NCBI GenBank assembly: GCA_051942245.1
Contig: JAVECL010000171.1
Coordinates: 1 to 40,152 of the forward strand
DNA length: 40,152 nucleotides
Source of the DNA: Trypethelium eluteriae
Lineage: Eukaryota
Direction of reading: 5' to 3'
This document shows positions 11,831-23,532 of the stretch, one piece after another (position 1 is the stretch's first letter; each line of letters opens with the position of its first letter). A program made the translations under genes and the position numbers. The notes below the pieces were generated by a model. The model did not search any database, was not told where the DNA came from, and saw only the letters and a list, made by a program, of their open reading frames with translations.

Positions 11831-13783
11831 CTAAACCTTCTGTTCAGACGCGCCTTGAGGAGAATTGGCCGCTCCCGGACCAGTTTTGTCTGGCCCTGCA
11901 TTCTTTGTGGGCTGTTTCAAGACGCTTTTCCACTCCAAAACCGCCATTCCAAGGACAGCTAGGCACGCTAGAATCAGCCCGATCTGATACACCTTCCGCA
12001 GAGCCTCATTGTATGCGACAAGGACCAGCCCACGTTGATCTACAGGCACGGAGCTAAGCAAGGAAGTGGCGCCGCCAGACTTAACCAGATCGGAGTTGAA
12101 TCCGGGAACGCTAGAAAGCCGCTTCACGAGCTGATTGCCGAGTACATTTTCTCCGACCGAGACGAATACAGCTGAACCGATGAGTTGACCGAAGAACATC
12201 AACGCCATCCCAATCGGCACGTCTGGCTTCGGAAGGGCTACCTGCGCGGCGAGATTGGGAACTTGGAAGCAGTAACCCTGGCCAAGTCCGTATAGGACCT
12301 GATAGCCGATCCATTTACCTTTTGCGGTGTCGACTTGGAAGGTTGTGAGAAGACCGGCTCCAACGGCCATGACACAGGAACCAAAAATTCCTACGGGAGT
12401 GTAGTAGCCGATCTTCTGGTTTATGAGCCCGCCAGTAATGGTTGCAAAGACGAATGCTATCAACAACGGCAAGAGATGGATACCAGAGTCAATAGCGCGG
12501 ACCCCTTTGATGGTTTGGAACCAGATCGGGAGATAGTAAACTGTGGAATCAGCGACCTACAATTTTACAGGGCATGGAGAACAAGACATACTGAATATAT
12601 ACTGGGAAGAGGAGATGCAGAAAGTCGCCCAGAATGCACCCGCCACGCTACGATGCTTCAAAATTCGAGGAGGTACTGTTGCTGTCTTCGAAAGCAGGAT
12701 CTGGGTAGAGACGAATGCGATGAGCAGTATACCCTGAAGCGTGAGTAGCGCAATAACGCGTGCGTTACTCCACTGAGAATAGTCAGAGCTGCAAAAGCAA
12801 AGATCAGTTGCGAAAACTCACGACGTAGGTCTGACCACCCCATTGAAGCGCCAACAAGAGACATACAATGCCTGGTATTAGCAGGACGCTTCCTGGGGCA
12901 TCGAGTTGGCTCAATTTCTTCGTCCAGGGCTGATTAGTTGAGGGTCGATCAGGAACTTTCAAGAAGACGAGAATGGCAGCTATAGCCACGCCACCAAACG
13001 GCAAATTAATGTAGAAGCACCACCTCCAAGACACGTTTGTAGTGAAGGCGCCACCGATAAGAGGGCCTAAAATGGTGGCCACGCCGCCGACAGCGCCCAT
13101 GAGGCCTTGAATTCGTGGACGTTTTGCGAGAGGAACAGTGTACACCACGGATACCACCTAGAGACAGACATTATAAGGACTGACGGAGACGATGCTGGGG
13201 CGATCACACTGACAGTTCCTGCGAATATACCAGCTGCACCCACACCAGCAATTGCTCTTCCAGCGATGAAGGATGCTGAGCTCGGAGCAGCTCCACACAG
13301 AGCCGAGCCAATCTCGAATATCAATACGCTAACGATTAGAGTTCCTCTCACGGAATAGAAGGCGTAGATTTTGCCGAATAAGAGCTGGAAGGCGCAGCAT
13401 GTCAACATATATGCGCTGCCATACCAACCAGCATCGTTCAGGGAATTGAAGTCGTCCGTGATTTGAGGAATAGCCTGAGAAATTGAGATTAGCGGCTGGA
13501 ACTGTCGTGCAGTGACACTCAAAGAGGATGCAAGGCGGAATTTGTTTTTACGTACCGTTGAAACGATGGTCCTGTCGATGGCAACTAAGAACATGCTCAG
13601 AAATACCGAGACCAGAATGAGGATTCTGGTGAGGCTTGAAATTGGCTCTTCACTGGGGCCTGCTGCCTTCTTGTCGTCGACCTTGGCTGTATCATTACTA
13701 GGAACTTGATCTGTCTTCTCTGTCGCCATTGTTGATTCTCCGTTCGTTGAGCTGGCCACTCCGGCGGTCCCTGGGCGAGACAT
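11831..13783 (-). CDS. MFS efflux transporter, DHA2/14-TMS AflT/GliA-like; exons 13783-13556, 13474-13214, 13157-12822, 12772-12592, 12540-11831
   Basis: [48 protein letters not shown] and YYLPIWFQ motifs. Four GT-AG introns keep the frame. Confidence 0.92.
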
Positions 13784-13914
13784 GATGGAAAAGTAGAATG
13801 GAAAAGTAGAAGGGGATTGTTTTGAGCAGTTGACCACCTTAAGTCTAGGGCATCTAGGAAGGTTCCACCGAAGGAATGGTGTGTAGGACCATAATTCTCG
13901 TATTAAAGCTAGTA

Positions 13915-14051
13915 GAAGTTCCGACATAACATCCATAACCTCCGAATAAGTTCCGAAAAGGTCGGAGTCACACCCGTAGGTTCCGCTGCAAACGTGTGTA
14001 AGTTCCGCAGTCAACTCCCGTAAGTTCCGTCGCCACGCCCCATAACTTCCG
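13915..14051. promoter_or_regulatory. Array of TAAGTTCCG-like sites (CGG half-sites on the minus strand) in the divergent MFS/TF promoter
   Basis: Copies at 13915, 13936, 13947, 13977, 13999, 14021 and 14043. The last four are exactly 22 bp apart. Confidence 0.65.
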
Positions 14052-14120
14052 GGCCATTTCCCCAGCCGCTCCTTTTTCCAAAGCTTCTCAACCACCGTCC
14101 ATCTTCCGATTCCGCGCGAG

Positions 14121-16415
14121 ATGGCCGAACAGCTTGCGCAGTATTCTGTATGCACCTAGCTCCTTGATTGTCTGGATGACGTCTGATCCAGCAACTCATA
14201 GTGCGATGCATGCCGGTCCCGTAAGGTGCTGGTCCCTCTCTGGCGATTTTTGCGATCCTTTTCATTACACTAACGTTGCAACTCCAGGTGAAATGCTCGC
14301 GTGAGCGTACGGGCTGTCAGCGCTGTAAAATTGAAGGCGCTGTGTGCTCCTATTCTCGCACTGGAGTGCTCCGTCGGAGTAGGAAGCCGGCAGCAAGGCA
14401 GGCACGGAAGCAAGCAGGGGAGCCTCCCACGACCCCATCAGGCGCCGATGGCCTGGGCGGCGGCTTGCAGCAACCTTCTCAACTTGCTTCTGATAATGCA
14501 GATCGAACGACGCAGGAGCGCCTGCAAGGACTCGTTGGGGGCGATCTCGCCTCTCTTCGACAGCTCGCATCTTTGCTGGAAGAGTACGCTGCAGCTTGGC
14601 AATCCCCTTCGGCGTTCGGGAAGCTGGCTCAAGATGCAACTGTCGAATTTCATGTGTTTGACATGCCTCAGAGCCGTATCTGGCTTGATGGTGAGTTTTT
14701 TTACGGTTCACCTGCAGAGCAACTCCAATTATACGGCCGAACGGCAAGGGGCAGACAGCAGGCCTGCAGCTCAAACCCGATTTTTGTCGCCGTGCAGGGT
14801 CGCTATTCTTTTGTGTGACACTTGTGTAGCGAGACTGCTTGGCTAACTACGAATACTCGCCGATAGCCCTCGTCGCCGCCCTCCAAAAGGAGAGGCTCCT
14901 GGTCGCCTCGGTTCCTCCAGATGTGCTCGATCACTTGAACGCCTCGCGTCCCAGCAAAATTCGAGATCGAGCTTGGCTGGTCATGTTCTACAGTGTCGCG
15001 CTCAGCACTGCGTCTTCAAGCACGCCGGAGGATGAACCGACCAAAGCGCGACTGAGGAGCAACCTTTGGCTCGCCTTCAATGATGTGAGGCTATTGCTCG
15101 AACCTAGTGCTCCCGGTATCCAGGCTCTGATTATTATGGCATGCTATGTAAACGAGTATATGACACCACAGCTTTGCTGGTCGCTTATATCCCAGGCCTG
15201 CACAATGCTACTGGCTTTGGGCATCACGCATTGGCACCTCGACGGGGCGACTCGTGAGCGGCGGGCCATGCTGTTCTGGCGCCTGAACGACTTAGACAAG
15301 GCTCTCGCTCTCATCCTGGGCAGACCGCCCACTTTGCACCGTGAATTTGCAGCTGCTGTACCTTTGCCAACATTGGATCAGCTTCTTCCCGCTCGACCTC
15401 ACGGCGGCGAGCCCGCATTATTCAACGCACATTACTCACATCAAATGCACTTGCTCTCACGCATCAAATCTGAAGTCTGGCACTGCCTTTACGGACAAGA
15501 TTCTGCTAAGATACACGTCGTCAGGGAAAATCTGGACTCATGGAAGCGTCAGGCAACTGAGGTCCTACATCTTCTCTCTCTCACTTGGGTACAAGCTGCT
15601 AATATGAGCTTTAGACTCTAGAGGCTGCCGCGCTTGCTGAAAGACCCCTACTCTCCACGAACGGTGGAGAGGCTGTCGACTTTGGACTGCGAATGCTTCA
15701 ATTTCATTACCTCGCTCTCATGATATTGCTAACCGTATCTTGCAAGGACTTGCGAGTTCAGTGCATCCAACTATCCCGGAGTATGCTCAATCTCCTTCCA
15801 AGACTTGGCCCAAAAGATCATAGCGTCAACGATACATATACAGGTCTGTTGTGGCAGCGTCTACACTCTCCTTTGACAGCGTTTGGCTCTCTGTGGGGTG
15901 AGATTGTTGTCAGAGCTCGCATTCGTTCAGAAGAAGGCAAGCAGAACCTCGAGGCCATTGAACACGTACCGGTCTTTCTCGGCAAGTCGAGCTCGCAAAA
16001 CCCCCTTGCTGCAAAGCTTCAAAGCATCACGGAGCGCTTTGTTGAACATGCCACAACTAAGATCCATTCGACAGGTAAGCCACGATTACATCCCTATGCG
16101 GAATCCGGATCTGATTCTGCCGTCGCCCAAGACGACGCAGACCAAGCAACAGTGACCACGAGCAACTTCACAGAGGAAATGCCCGACTGGCAACCATCAG
16201 TCGAGAATAATTTGCACCAGCAGACGGATTCTGACATTACTTCACTGAACACTGAGCTCTCCGCAGACATGTCGACTTATCCAGACATTGGGGGCTTGGG
16301 TTACCAAACCGACGACTTGGCTACCTGGCCCGATAATCGCTTCTTTGAGGCCACGTTTGATTGGTTTCCTTTAGGTGGGACCTCTCCGCTTGGTGTTATT
16401 GAAAACGAAGTATAG
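14121..16415 (+). CDS. Second Zn2Cys6 transcription factor with a fungal-specific TF middle domain; exons 14121-14147, 14202-14225, 14288-14690, 14867-15561, 15615-16415 (possible extra in-frame intron ~16075-16131)
   Basis: Splicing gives [39 protein letters not shown]. The middle homology region reads [24 protein letters not shown]. Confidence 0.85.
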
Positions 16416-16546
16416 GCGCTACAAGTGGAGTTGTAATATTCAATAGGTGTATGAGATCCGTTGTGGAGGTACTTTGGTCACCCGATTCTACAAGAAACAC
16501 CATCGGAACTCTCGAGACCCGATTCATATGGGAACCGGAACCCTTG

Positions 16547-16557
16547 TCCGAAATCCG
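16547..16557 (-). promoter_or_regulatory. CGGRNNWCGGA candidate site (mdpK promoter)
   Basis: Minus strand CGGATTTCGGA, identical to the copy at 3192. Confidence 0.55.
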
Positions 16558-16705
16558 AAGGGTAAACAGCAAGCACCGATGATCTCAGGCATAGAGCCAT
16601 CTGCACGGCCCGGTCGCTAGAATAAAACAACATGCATGCAACTGGAGCTGTGGATCTCATTATTCTTCCCACGTATTGTCACTAAGGGTATTTCCTACAC
16701 CTGAC

Positions 16706-17494
16706 ATGGTGGCTTACGCTGTGCTTGGTGCTACCGGCAACTGCGGGGTTGCCCTCATCGACAACCTTCTGCGCATTGAGGGCACGATCGTTCATGCCTA
16801 CTGCCGTAATCGGAATAAACTCTTCCACAAAGCCCCTCAATTAAGCAACAACACGAGAGTTCGGGTCTATGAGGGCAGTATTCACGATGTCGACCTTCTG
16901 GCCAGGTGTATTCGCGACACGAGAGCAGTATTCCACGCAGTCAGCACCAATGATAACGTTCCAGGGTGTAGCATTGGCCTGAAAACCGCGGAAACAATCA
17001 TCTCAGCGCTAAAGAAGCTCAGAGCCGACACTCGTAATGGGACAAAATTGCCCAAAATCATCCTCCTCTCGTCTTCCACCTTCGACTCCCATTTGAGTCG
17101 CCATATGCCGTGGTTCTTCAAGCAAATCTTGCTTATTTCGGCATCGAACGTCTATAACGATTTGCGCCGCACCGAAGCCTTTCTGCGTAGTGAGCAGGAC
17201 TGGGTCACCAGCATTATCATCAAGCCGGGAGGTCTCGCAGTTGATGTTCAGCGAGGCCACGAACTCAATTTCGACCATGATGAATCTTTCGTCTCCTACC
17301 TCGACCTCGCCGCCGCCATGATCGAAGCCGCCGATGATCCTACCGGACGGTACGATCTAAAAAAGGTCAGCGTCGTCAATACTAATGGTGGAGCGAAGTT
17401 TCCCTCGGGTACTCCGCTGTGTATACTGGCTGGTCTGCTCCGGCATTTCTTTCCCTTCCTTCACAATTACCTCCCTTCGACGGGCCCGAGCTAG
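16706..17494 (+). CDS. mdpK: NAD(P)-binding oxidoreductase, MdpK/AflX/GedF/NsrR type (anthraquinone reductase); 262 aa
   Basis: YAVLGATGNCG, VSTNDNVPGC, KPGGL and SYLDLAAAMIEAA motifs. Lies convergent with mdpL. Confidence 0.85.
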   Translation: MVAYAVLGATGNCGVALIDNLLRIEGTIVHAYCRNRNKLFHKAPQLSNNTRVRVYEGSIHDVDLLARCIRDTRAVFHAVSTNDNVPGCSIGLKTAETIISALKKLRADTRNGTKLPKIILLSSSTFDSHLSRHMPWFFKQILLISASNVYNDLRRTEAFLRSEQDWVTSIIIKPGGLAVDVQRGHELNFDHDESFVSYLDLAAAMIEAADDPTGRYDLKKVSVVNTNGGAKFPSGTPLCILAGLLRHFFPFLHNYLPSTGPS

Positions 17495-17632
17495 ATATTC
17501 CGCTATATGTTTTCGACTCAATCCAAGCCCAATAGTGTATTTCATGACGCATTATTTAATGTTCTGATATTACGTGAACACATTTCGATTAGCAATTTCG
17601 AGCTGTATTTACAGTACTTTCCGCATTTCCAT

Positions 17633-18988
17633 TTAAGCCAGATCAGGACGGATCTTCCAACCCATGTCAAAGCCCGTGAAGTTGACCCATTTCAAGTCCG
17701 GTGTCCAATCTTTGGTGGTGTCCAGCGTCATGCGAGCAATCTTGAGCCAGCTCTCACCCTTGACGGGGAAGGACTCGCTGTACTCGCCCTTCTCAAACGG
17801 CGCGACAGCTTCTTGTCCGTTTTTCAAAGCACGTATGAGCTTGACGACATGACCGTCGTCATGCTCCTTGTTCGAAGCTGCATATATCTCCTTCCACCCC
17901 ATCCCCGCGCTGTAATCGTCGTGATAGTCATCTACCGCGTCCGGATGTAGCTCCGCGCACCCGCTAACAACATACCAGGCAAGATCCAAACGGCCTTTCC
18001 ACTCCACCATCCGCACGCGGTCTTCTAAATTGATCCAGTCTTGTTTGATGATGACGCTGAAGAAGATAGAGCTGGTGACGGTGTGCATGTAAAAGAAATC
18101 GATCTTGCGCTTGCGACCGGGCCGCTGACTCGCGCCAGCCATGAAAGCGCATGTGCTGATCATCTCAGCCGTGCGTCGTTCAAGCTCTTGTGGCTTGATG
18201 CAGAATTGCGAGGCAATAAATGCCATTTCTATGCACGCCCTCCCAACAACACCGTCCCGCATCTTATTTCCAAAGTCTTCCCAGCGCGGTGCATTGCGAA
18301 TGAAGTCGTTGTTGCGTATCTCGTGCACGAGCTGGATCAGTGACTTCGGTTTCTTGGCTGGATATGCAATTGCGGCTTGGTCCTCACAGGCCTTGAAAAG
18401 AGTGCCAATGTGACTATCGTCGTGGGAAGCTGCCTGAGCGAGAGCCTCGGCGACGATACTCGGCTGCTCGAATTCGATCCCGAGACCAAGGTGAATGACA
18501 GGGTGATACGCGCCTTCGTACATACGAGCTAGCAATTTCTCGGCCACCGCTGAGCGCGAAAAAAGGTATTTGTTGACGGTCTCTTTCCAACCATACTCTT
18601 GAATGTGCTTCTGGAAAAAGGCGAGGAAAGTAGTGTACTGGGCGATCTCGCCCAGTGTCTCTGACAATACATTGTCGTCATACAATCGATCCACCAACTG
18701 GATGTTGATGACGGGTATCGGCCGCTGAATGCCTACACCATCATCGTAAGCTCGCTGGATATCCTCTGGCGAGGCGCCGAGGGCGAGACAGGTCAGAATT
18801 GAGTGAGCAATATGGTTGTGTCCGGCTTGCTCTCGGAAGAACATGTGCCACTCTTCATGATTTTTTTGTAGTAGGCGATTTGCCTCGTCGATGGCAGCAT
18901 GCTCAACCTGTGCATCACCAAGGATGCCGACATGCGCATCGGAAAGGCGAACTTTTGAGGCTGGAATAATTTCTTCTCTTGATCCCAT
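17633..18988 (-). CDS. mdpL: Anthraquinone ring-cleaving oxygenase, MdpL/AflY/GedK questin-oxidase family; 451 aa
   Basis: [42 protein letters not shown] and [12 protein letters not shown] family motifs. Confidence 0.9.
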   Translation of the reverse strand: MGSREEIIPASKVRLSDAHVGILGDAQVEHAAIDEANRLLQKNHEEWHMFFREQAGHNHIAHSILTCLALGASPEDIQRAYDDGVGIQRPIPVINIQLVDRLYDDNVLSETLGEIAQYTTFLAFFQKHIQEYGWKETVNKYLFSRSAVAEKLLARMYEGAYHPVIHLGLGIEFEQPSIVAEALAQAASHDDSHIGTLFKACEDQAAIAYPAKKPKSLIQLVHEIRNNDFIRNAPRWEDFGNKMRDGVVGRACIEMAFIASQFCIKPQELERRTAEMISTCAFMAGASQRPGRKRKIDFFYMHTVTSSIFFSVIIKQDWINLEDRVRMVEWKGRLDLAWYVVSGCAELHPDAVDDYHDDYSAGMGWKEIYAASNKEHDDGHVVKLIRALKNGQEAVAPFEKGEYSESFPVKGESWLKIARMTLDTTKDWTPDLKWVNFTGFDMGWKIRPDLA

Positions 18989-19178
18989 TGTGTAGTAGCG
19001 AAGAGAAAAACTTCTGCGCCTACGTGAGTCAGCTCAAGGTTCGAGGTATAGTTGATGACGTGGAATTATACATATGTTTGTTCGATGTTGAGCAATCAGT
19101 TGTTCAGGGCGATCCTCAGATGCATCCATTGTCTAACTATCGCTATTACTGGTAGTCATCTAATCCGAACGTCAGGAT

Positions 19179-19255
19179 CGGAGCACGGAATACGGAATTC
19201 ACTTTCGGGATGCAATATCTCGGGTAAGAAATCTCATAGGGAGTCGGGTGTCGGA
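19179..19255 (+). promoter_or_regulatory. Three CGGRNNWCGGA candidate sites (mdpL / EthD promoter)
   Basis: CGGAGCACGGA at 19179, overlapping CGGAATACGGA at 19186, and CGGGTGTCGGA at 19245. Confidence 0.6.
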
Positions 19256-19362
19256 TTACCTGAAACGAAGCACGGGCTCCCAATACGTCAAAGATCTGGC
19301 TTCGCGTACTTGCAGAGTCAATTTTGAGAAGCTCTATTGTAAGGCAAACTGGGTCCGCAAAA

Positions 19363-19954
19363 ATGGCGAGTACGAACAACGTTGCGAGCTGTGCTACAAC
19401 CAACGGTGACGGATTACCCCCAAGCAAATATCTTTGCTTGACCATTTTAGGCTACCGAAAACCTGGTATGAGTGAAGAGGCATATCGTCAGTATATGAAT
19501 CAAGTCTCGGCACCCATGACCAAAGATCTGATGGTCAAATATGGGGTAAAACGATGGACTGTGGTATGGAAACCTAAACGTCTTCCCTCAACGCAATCAC
19601 AAGCCAAGCGAAGGCTCAGCCATGGCACAGATCCACAATCCGTCGCAGACGCGCATTCTAATGCATCAAATTTACGACCGCCAAATGTCAAATCAAGCCG
19701 ACTTTGATTGCTTTAGCCAAGTCGTGTTTGAGAGTGTGGAGCATTACAAGAAGATGAAAGAGGATCCTCATTACAAGGAGCATTTGTTTGGCGATCATGA
19801 GAATTTTGCGGATACAAGAAGAAGCCAGTATGGTTGTAGGTGTTCCAGACACAAGTATAGGTTGCTGATAGCATGCAGGATGACGATTGGATGGATCGAA
19901 GAGTGGGTGAACGATGGTGAAGTTCGTAATGGTCTGGAGTTTTCATCGAACTGA
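19363..19954 (+). CDS. EthD-domain decarboxylase, TpcK/GedI/NsrE-like; exons 19363-19563, 19631-19827, 19879-19954
   Basis: [29 protein letters not shown] and DHENFADT motifs. Two GT-AG introns keep the frame. Confidence 0.88.
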
Positions 19955-20367
19955 CGAAGAGAGTGCAGATGTGAGGCTTTAGCGCGCGGGTCCTAACTGT
20001 ATTGGTAATTATTCAAGGTCCTCGTGTTGAGATATTGCAATGCATCGCAATCCACAATCATCAGATGACCATGTCGTGGAAAACCACATAGGTAGTATTT
20101 TAGAAAACATGCAGATGTTCGTTCCTTTCAGAAGAAAAGTTTTGGATGCAAATAAGTTTCATGAGACTGCCTTTGAACGCATCGGTAGATCGAGCTGATA
20201 TGTCCAAACCTCAGGTTCCAAGTTGACACATGAAATAGGACCTCCTCGTAGTGACCCTCAGTCTCGATCGCCAACCTCGTACGGATAATTACACAGCTAG
20301 CTTCATTGCATTACAAGAGGAGGCACCAATTGGTCATGCTTCATCAAACAGTTTATCCACGACTAAT

Positions 20368-22026
20368 TCATGACTTCTCCCGGGGAATATGCTTGAGGTA
20401 GATACCGGTTGCCAATTTGTTCCCGTGCCTATCAAAGTCCGTCTCGCGATCGAAAGAAGGAATTGGCTTGCCGTTCTGATCGCAAGCGATCCATTTGAAC
20501 TTTGCTATGGCATATGCGATGACAATATAGTGTTGTAGCTTGGCCCAGCGTTGACCGACACATCGGTGACGCCCATTGCCCCAACCAAGGACTATCGAGA
20601 AACTGTAAGCAATTTTTGGTGGGCAGCGTGAAGACCAGGATACTCACATGCATATGTCTCCTTCGAGTGCTCGTTGCATCCCTCACTGAATCGCATAGGG
20701 TCCAGCTTGCCCGGGACGGGATATAATTTTTCGTTAAAATGTGCTTCACCTGTATTATATGCGACCATACTTCCGGGAGGAATCACCTCACCAGTGCCAG
20801 GGATGGGGATTGCCTTGGAAGATTCGTTGTATCGGGTCATGGGGAAGGCGACGTGCATTCGAATGGCTTCTCGGAAGCAGAGCTCGAGGAAGACGAAGGA
20901 AGACTCCCAGGCCTCAAGCGAGAGCGAGTTGAGTTGATCAACTATGGGAACGTCTTTGTTAGTGGCGTGGACTGCAGCCGCTTCTTTCACTTCGTTATAG
21001 ATTTTCTCCTGCCAGTCGGCGTGATTGGCAACCATGGTCAGCAGCACGCCAGCCAGTTTGCCAGCGTTGGCGACAGAGATGAAGAGGATACTAATGAAGT
21101 AGGTCACAATGTAGTCTTGACTATCACCGCTGTTGATTAGGAGTTGCAGTGTATCGTCTTTGCGTGGCGCACCCTTTTCCATCCGCCGAGAAACGATTGG
21201 CGCTACAAGGTTATGAAGGCCGCGGCGGCCATAACGACGCTTCATAAGCGTCCACGAAGGCAACCAAGGCCTACAAACTGCATGGCCGCTGCTGAGAGTC
21301 TGGAGCATCTTCATCCAACTCAAGTAGGAGTCCATATACTGTGGTGTATCGGAGATCTCATCAGTACACAAGACGCGGCAGCTCTGCTTCAAGACGAGGC
21401 GGTAGCAAGTCTGAACCGGATCCACGAACTCCTCAGCGCTCCTTGAGAGTGTATCGAAGGTATCACGGGCATCTTTTGTCACCCGAGAAAGGTTTTTCCT
21501 CAAATGATCCGTCGTAACCAGATCAAGGACTCTTCGCTGGAAGTAGCTGTGCCCCTTCGGCGTGGATCTGAAGATAGGGTGGATAGGAGGCACAACCTCG
21601 GGTCCGACGCCATGAAGGACTGCAGCGGTGATGCGCTCTAGATCACGGTGCTCTAGAAAGGTCTTTCTGGCCGCCTCACCTGAAAGGCCGACGACGTGAT
21701 AGTGGCCGAGCCAAAAACTGAATTGACCTGTTTTGGACCTGGCCACTGAGTTCTTCCAGAAACTCCTGAGTCTATTTAATACGACGAACCCATTTTCTGA
21801 ATAAGACAAAAAGCGTTTCTTACCACCGTCGAGAATAAAAGCCCCAAGAGCCAATGAACAAGTCGGTATCAGATGTGAAAGCCGGTGCTCTCTTGTCGAT
21901 GAAAGGAGTATAGGATAAGTATGCCAAAAAGATCAGCAAGGCTCCCACTGACGCATACAGAAATGGGCTCCACGTCTCAAGTGGCCTCTGGAAAACTGTT
22001 ATGTAGAAGTTGGATACAGAGTTCAT
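20368..22026 (-). CDS. Cytochrome P450, probable xanthone-dimerising aryl-coupling enzyme (NsrP/AacuE-like); exons 22026-21824, 21765-20648, 20591-20368, ~514 aa
   Basis: N-terminal membrane anchor, EAIR (ExxR), DPMRF, and heme motif [13 protein letters not shown] after splicing. The I-helix region [10 protein letters not shown] is non-canonical. Confidence 0.88.
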
Positions 22027-22173
22027 CCTCAAAGACCAAACCTGGAAGATACTCGTATAGTCAACGACGAAGTTTCAATTTGGAAGCTTCTATATTATTG
22101 GAGCATGATCGATTACGTACGTCCATGGTTGGCTAACGACTCCAAATGCGAGAGAGGAGCAACACCGACCTGT

Positions 22174-22184
22174 CGGGCATCGGA
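22174..22184 (+). promoter_or_regulatory. CGGRNNWCGGA candidate site (P450 promoter)
   Basis: CGGGCATCGGA. Confidence 0.55.
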
Positions 22185-22595
22185 ATTGCTCATGTGACCC
22201 CGATACCGAAGGTTGGATCGTGACACGACCTTTAGGGACATCGGATGTTCAGGGTCGGAAATTGGAATTCATAAGCTTAGCAGTGGCAAAAGATCATCTT
22301 TGTAAACAGCACCGACCATGGGTCGTCGTATGGGTCTCCGAACAGCCAGCAATTCGGTCCAGCAAAGGTGGGCTTGTCATCGAGACGTCCTGGCGCTTAG
22401 CAAAATAGGCCTTCAGCAGTTTCTTTAAAGTATCTCGATGTTCCGTCAGGGATCAATACTTTCAATCGGTCGAGCAAGCAGAGGAGAAAGCATCTTTCGA
22501 TGGAACATTGAATACATTTTCGAGATGCGCGTTCTGCGTCAGTTGGATTATATGGAGCCGGCCCACGTGTATTACTAAGCTAGTCTAGCGCTTTA

Positions 22596-23086
22596 CTACT
22601 TCGGTGGCTGACCCCAGCCAATGTGCTCATAATACTTGGGATCGAATTCCTTCCTGAAGGCCGTATCATTCATTTCCTCAATCTTGTCTACCTTCTCCCC
22701 GCTCTCATCGAATGATATAAACACCGCTTGTTCGTTATCATACGGTCCGAACGGTGTGTCAGCTTTGATGATCGCGTAGATTGCCGCCTTTCCTTGAGAC
22801 GCGTCGTGAACGACATTGTGGACTTGAAGCTAGTGAAAGCCATCAGTAACGTGGCTCGTTTCAAGCTATCCCAAGGTTGTACCTGAAAGTTGGTTAGGGT
22901 CGACATGAGCAGGAGGTAGCGCGACTCGAGTTGGGCGCGAGCGCGTGTCGGCTTGCCATAGCTGAAGGGTAGCGTGGTAAATGTGAGGTCATCGGACCAT
23001 ATGTCAAGGAAATCGGGTGTCCATTTGCTCCAAGCCTTGATGAATTTGTCAAGAGTCACAGCCTGTACCTCCGCTGCAGCAGGCAT
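22596..23086 (-). CDS. SnoaL/NTF2-like protein, NsrQ-like paralogue 3; exons 23086-22883 and 22829-22596
   Basis: ...LTNFQ|LQVHNVVHD...PFGPYDNEQAVF...IEEMNDTAF. Same intron position as paralogues 1 and 2. Confidence 0.82.
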
Positions 23087-23532
23087 GGCGAGATTCCTGA
23101 GCTACGATCTGGTGATGGGGTTGGATCGCAGACTTCGTTGATGCAAGAAATTGCAAAGAGAGTTTGTGGGTTTTAGATTCCAGCAAGCGTTTTGGCAGGA
23201 GTCGAGGGTCTGGAGACTAGGCCGAACGATAACGACAACTTTGTAGTATCGCGGAGCAGTTCCGATCCGAAGGGGCGATACTACTCTGAATCCCGATATC
23301 CCAACAAGGCCAACTTACGGTCGCGTAAGAAGCGACCAAGATCTGTGGCAGCTGGCATGCATACCCGAGGAGCCGAATCCGCAGACGCGGGACCATAATC
23401 GCGGAGTTGGCCTCCCAATTTATCAACTTTAGTGACCCACGGCAGCAGGAACCTCAGAAAGACAGGAAAGACCACCCTTAATCTATCGCCGAAGATCAAG
23501 CCTTACTGGGTCCAGTTTTTGCCGCGGGATCG

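Noticed and set aside
13784..14155. Long N-terminal extension of the MFS ORF 13067-14155
   Set aside because: It begins at a non-ATG codon and spans the bidirectional promoter and TF exon 1. The real start is 13783 or 13729.
16512..16522. Canonical AflR palindrome TCG-N5-CGA (TCGAGACCCGA)
   Set aside because: Only one clear promoter copy was noticed by eye, which is compatible with chance. The direct-repeat motif explains the promoters better.
20368..20749. Apparent truncation or frameshift of the P450 C-terminus in the ORF track
   Set aside because: Intron 20647-20592 restores [13 protein letters not shown] and an open frame to TGA at 20368, so the gene is intact.
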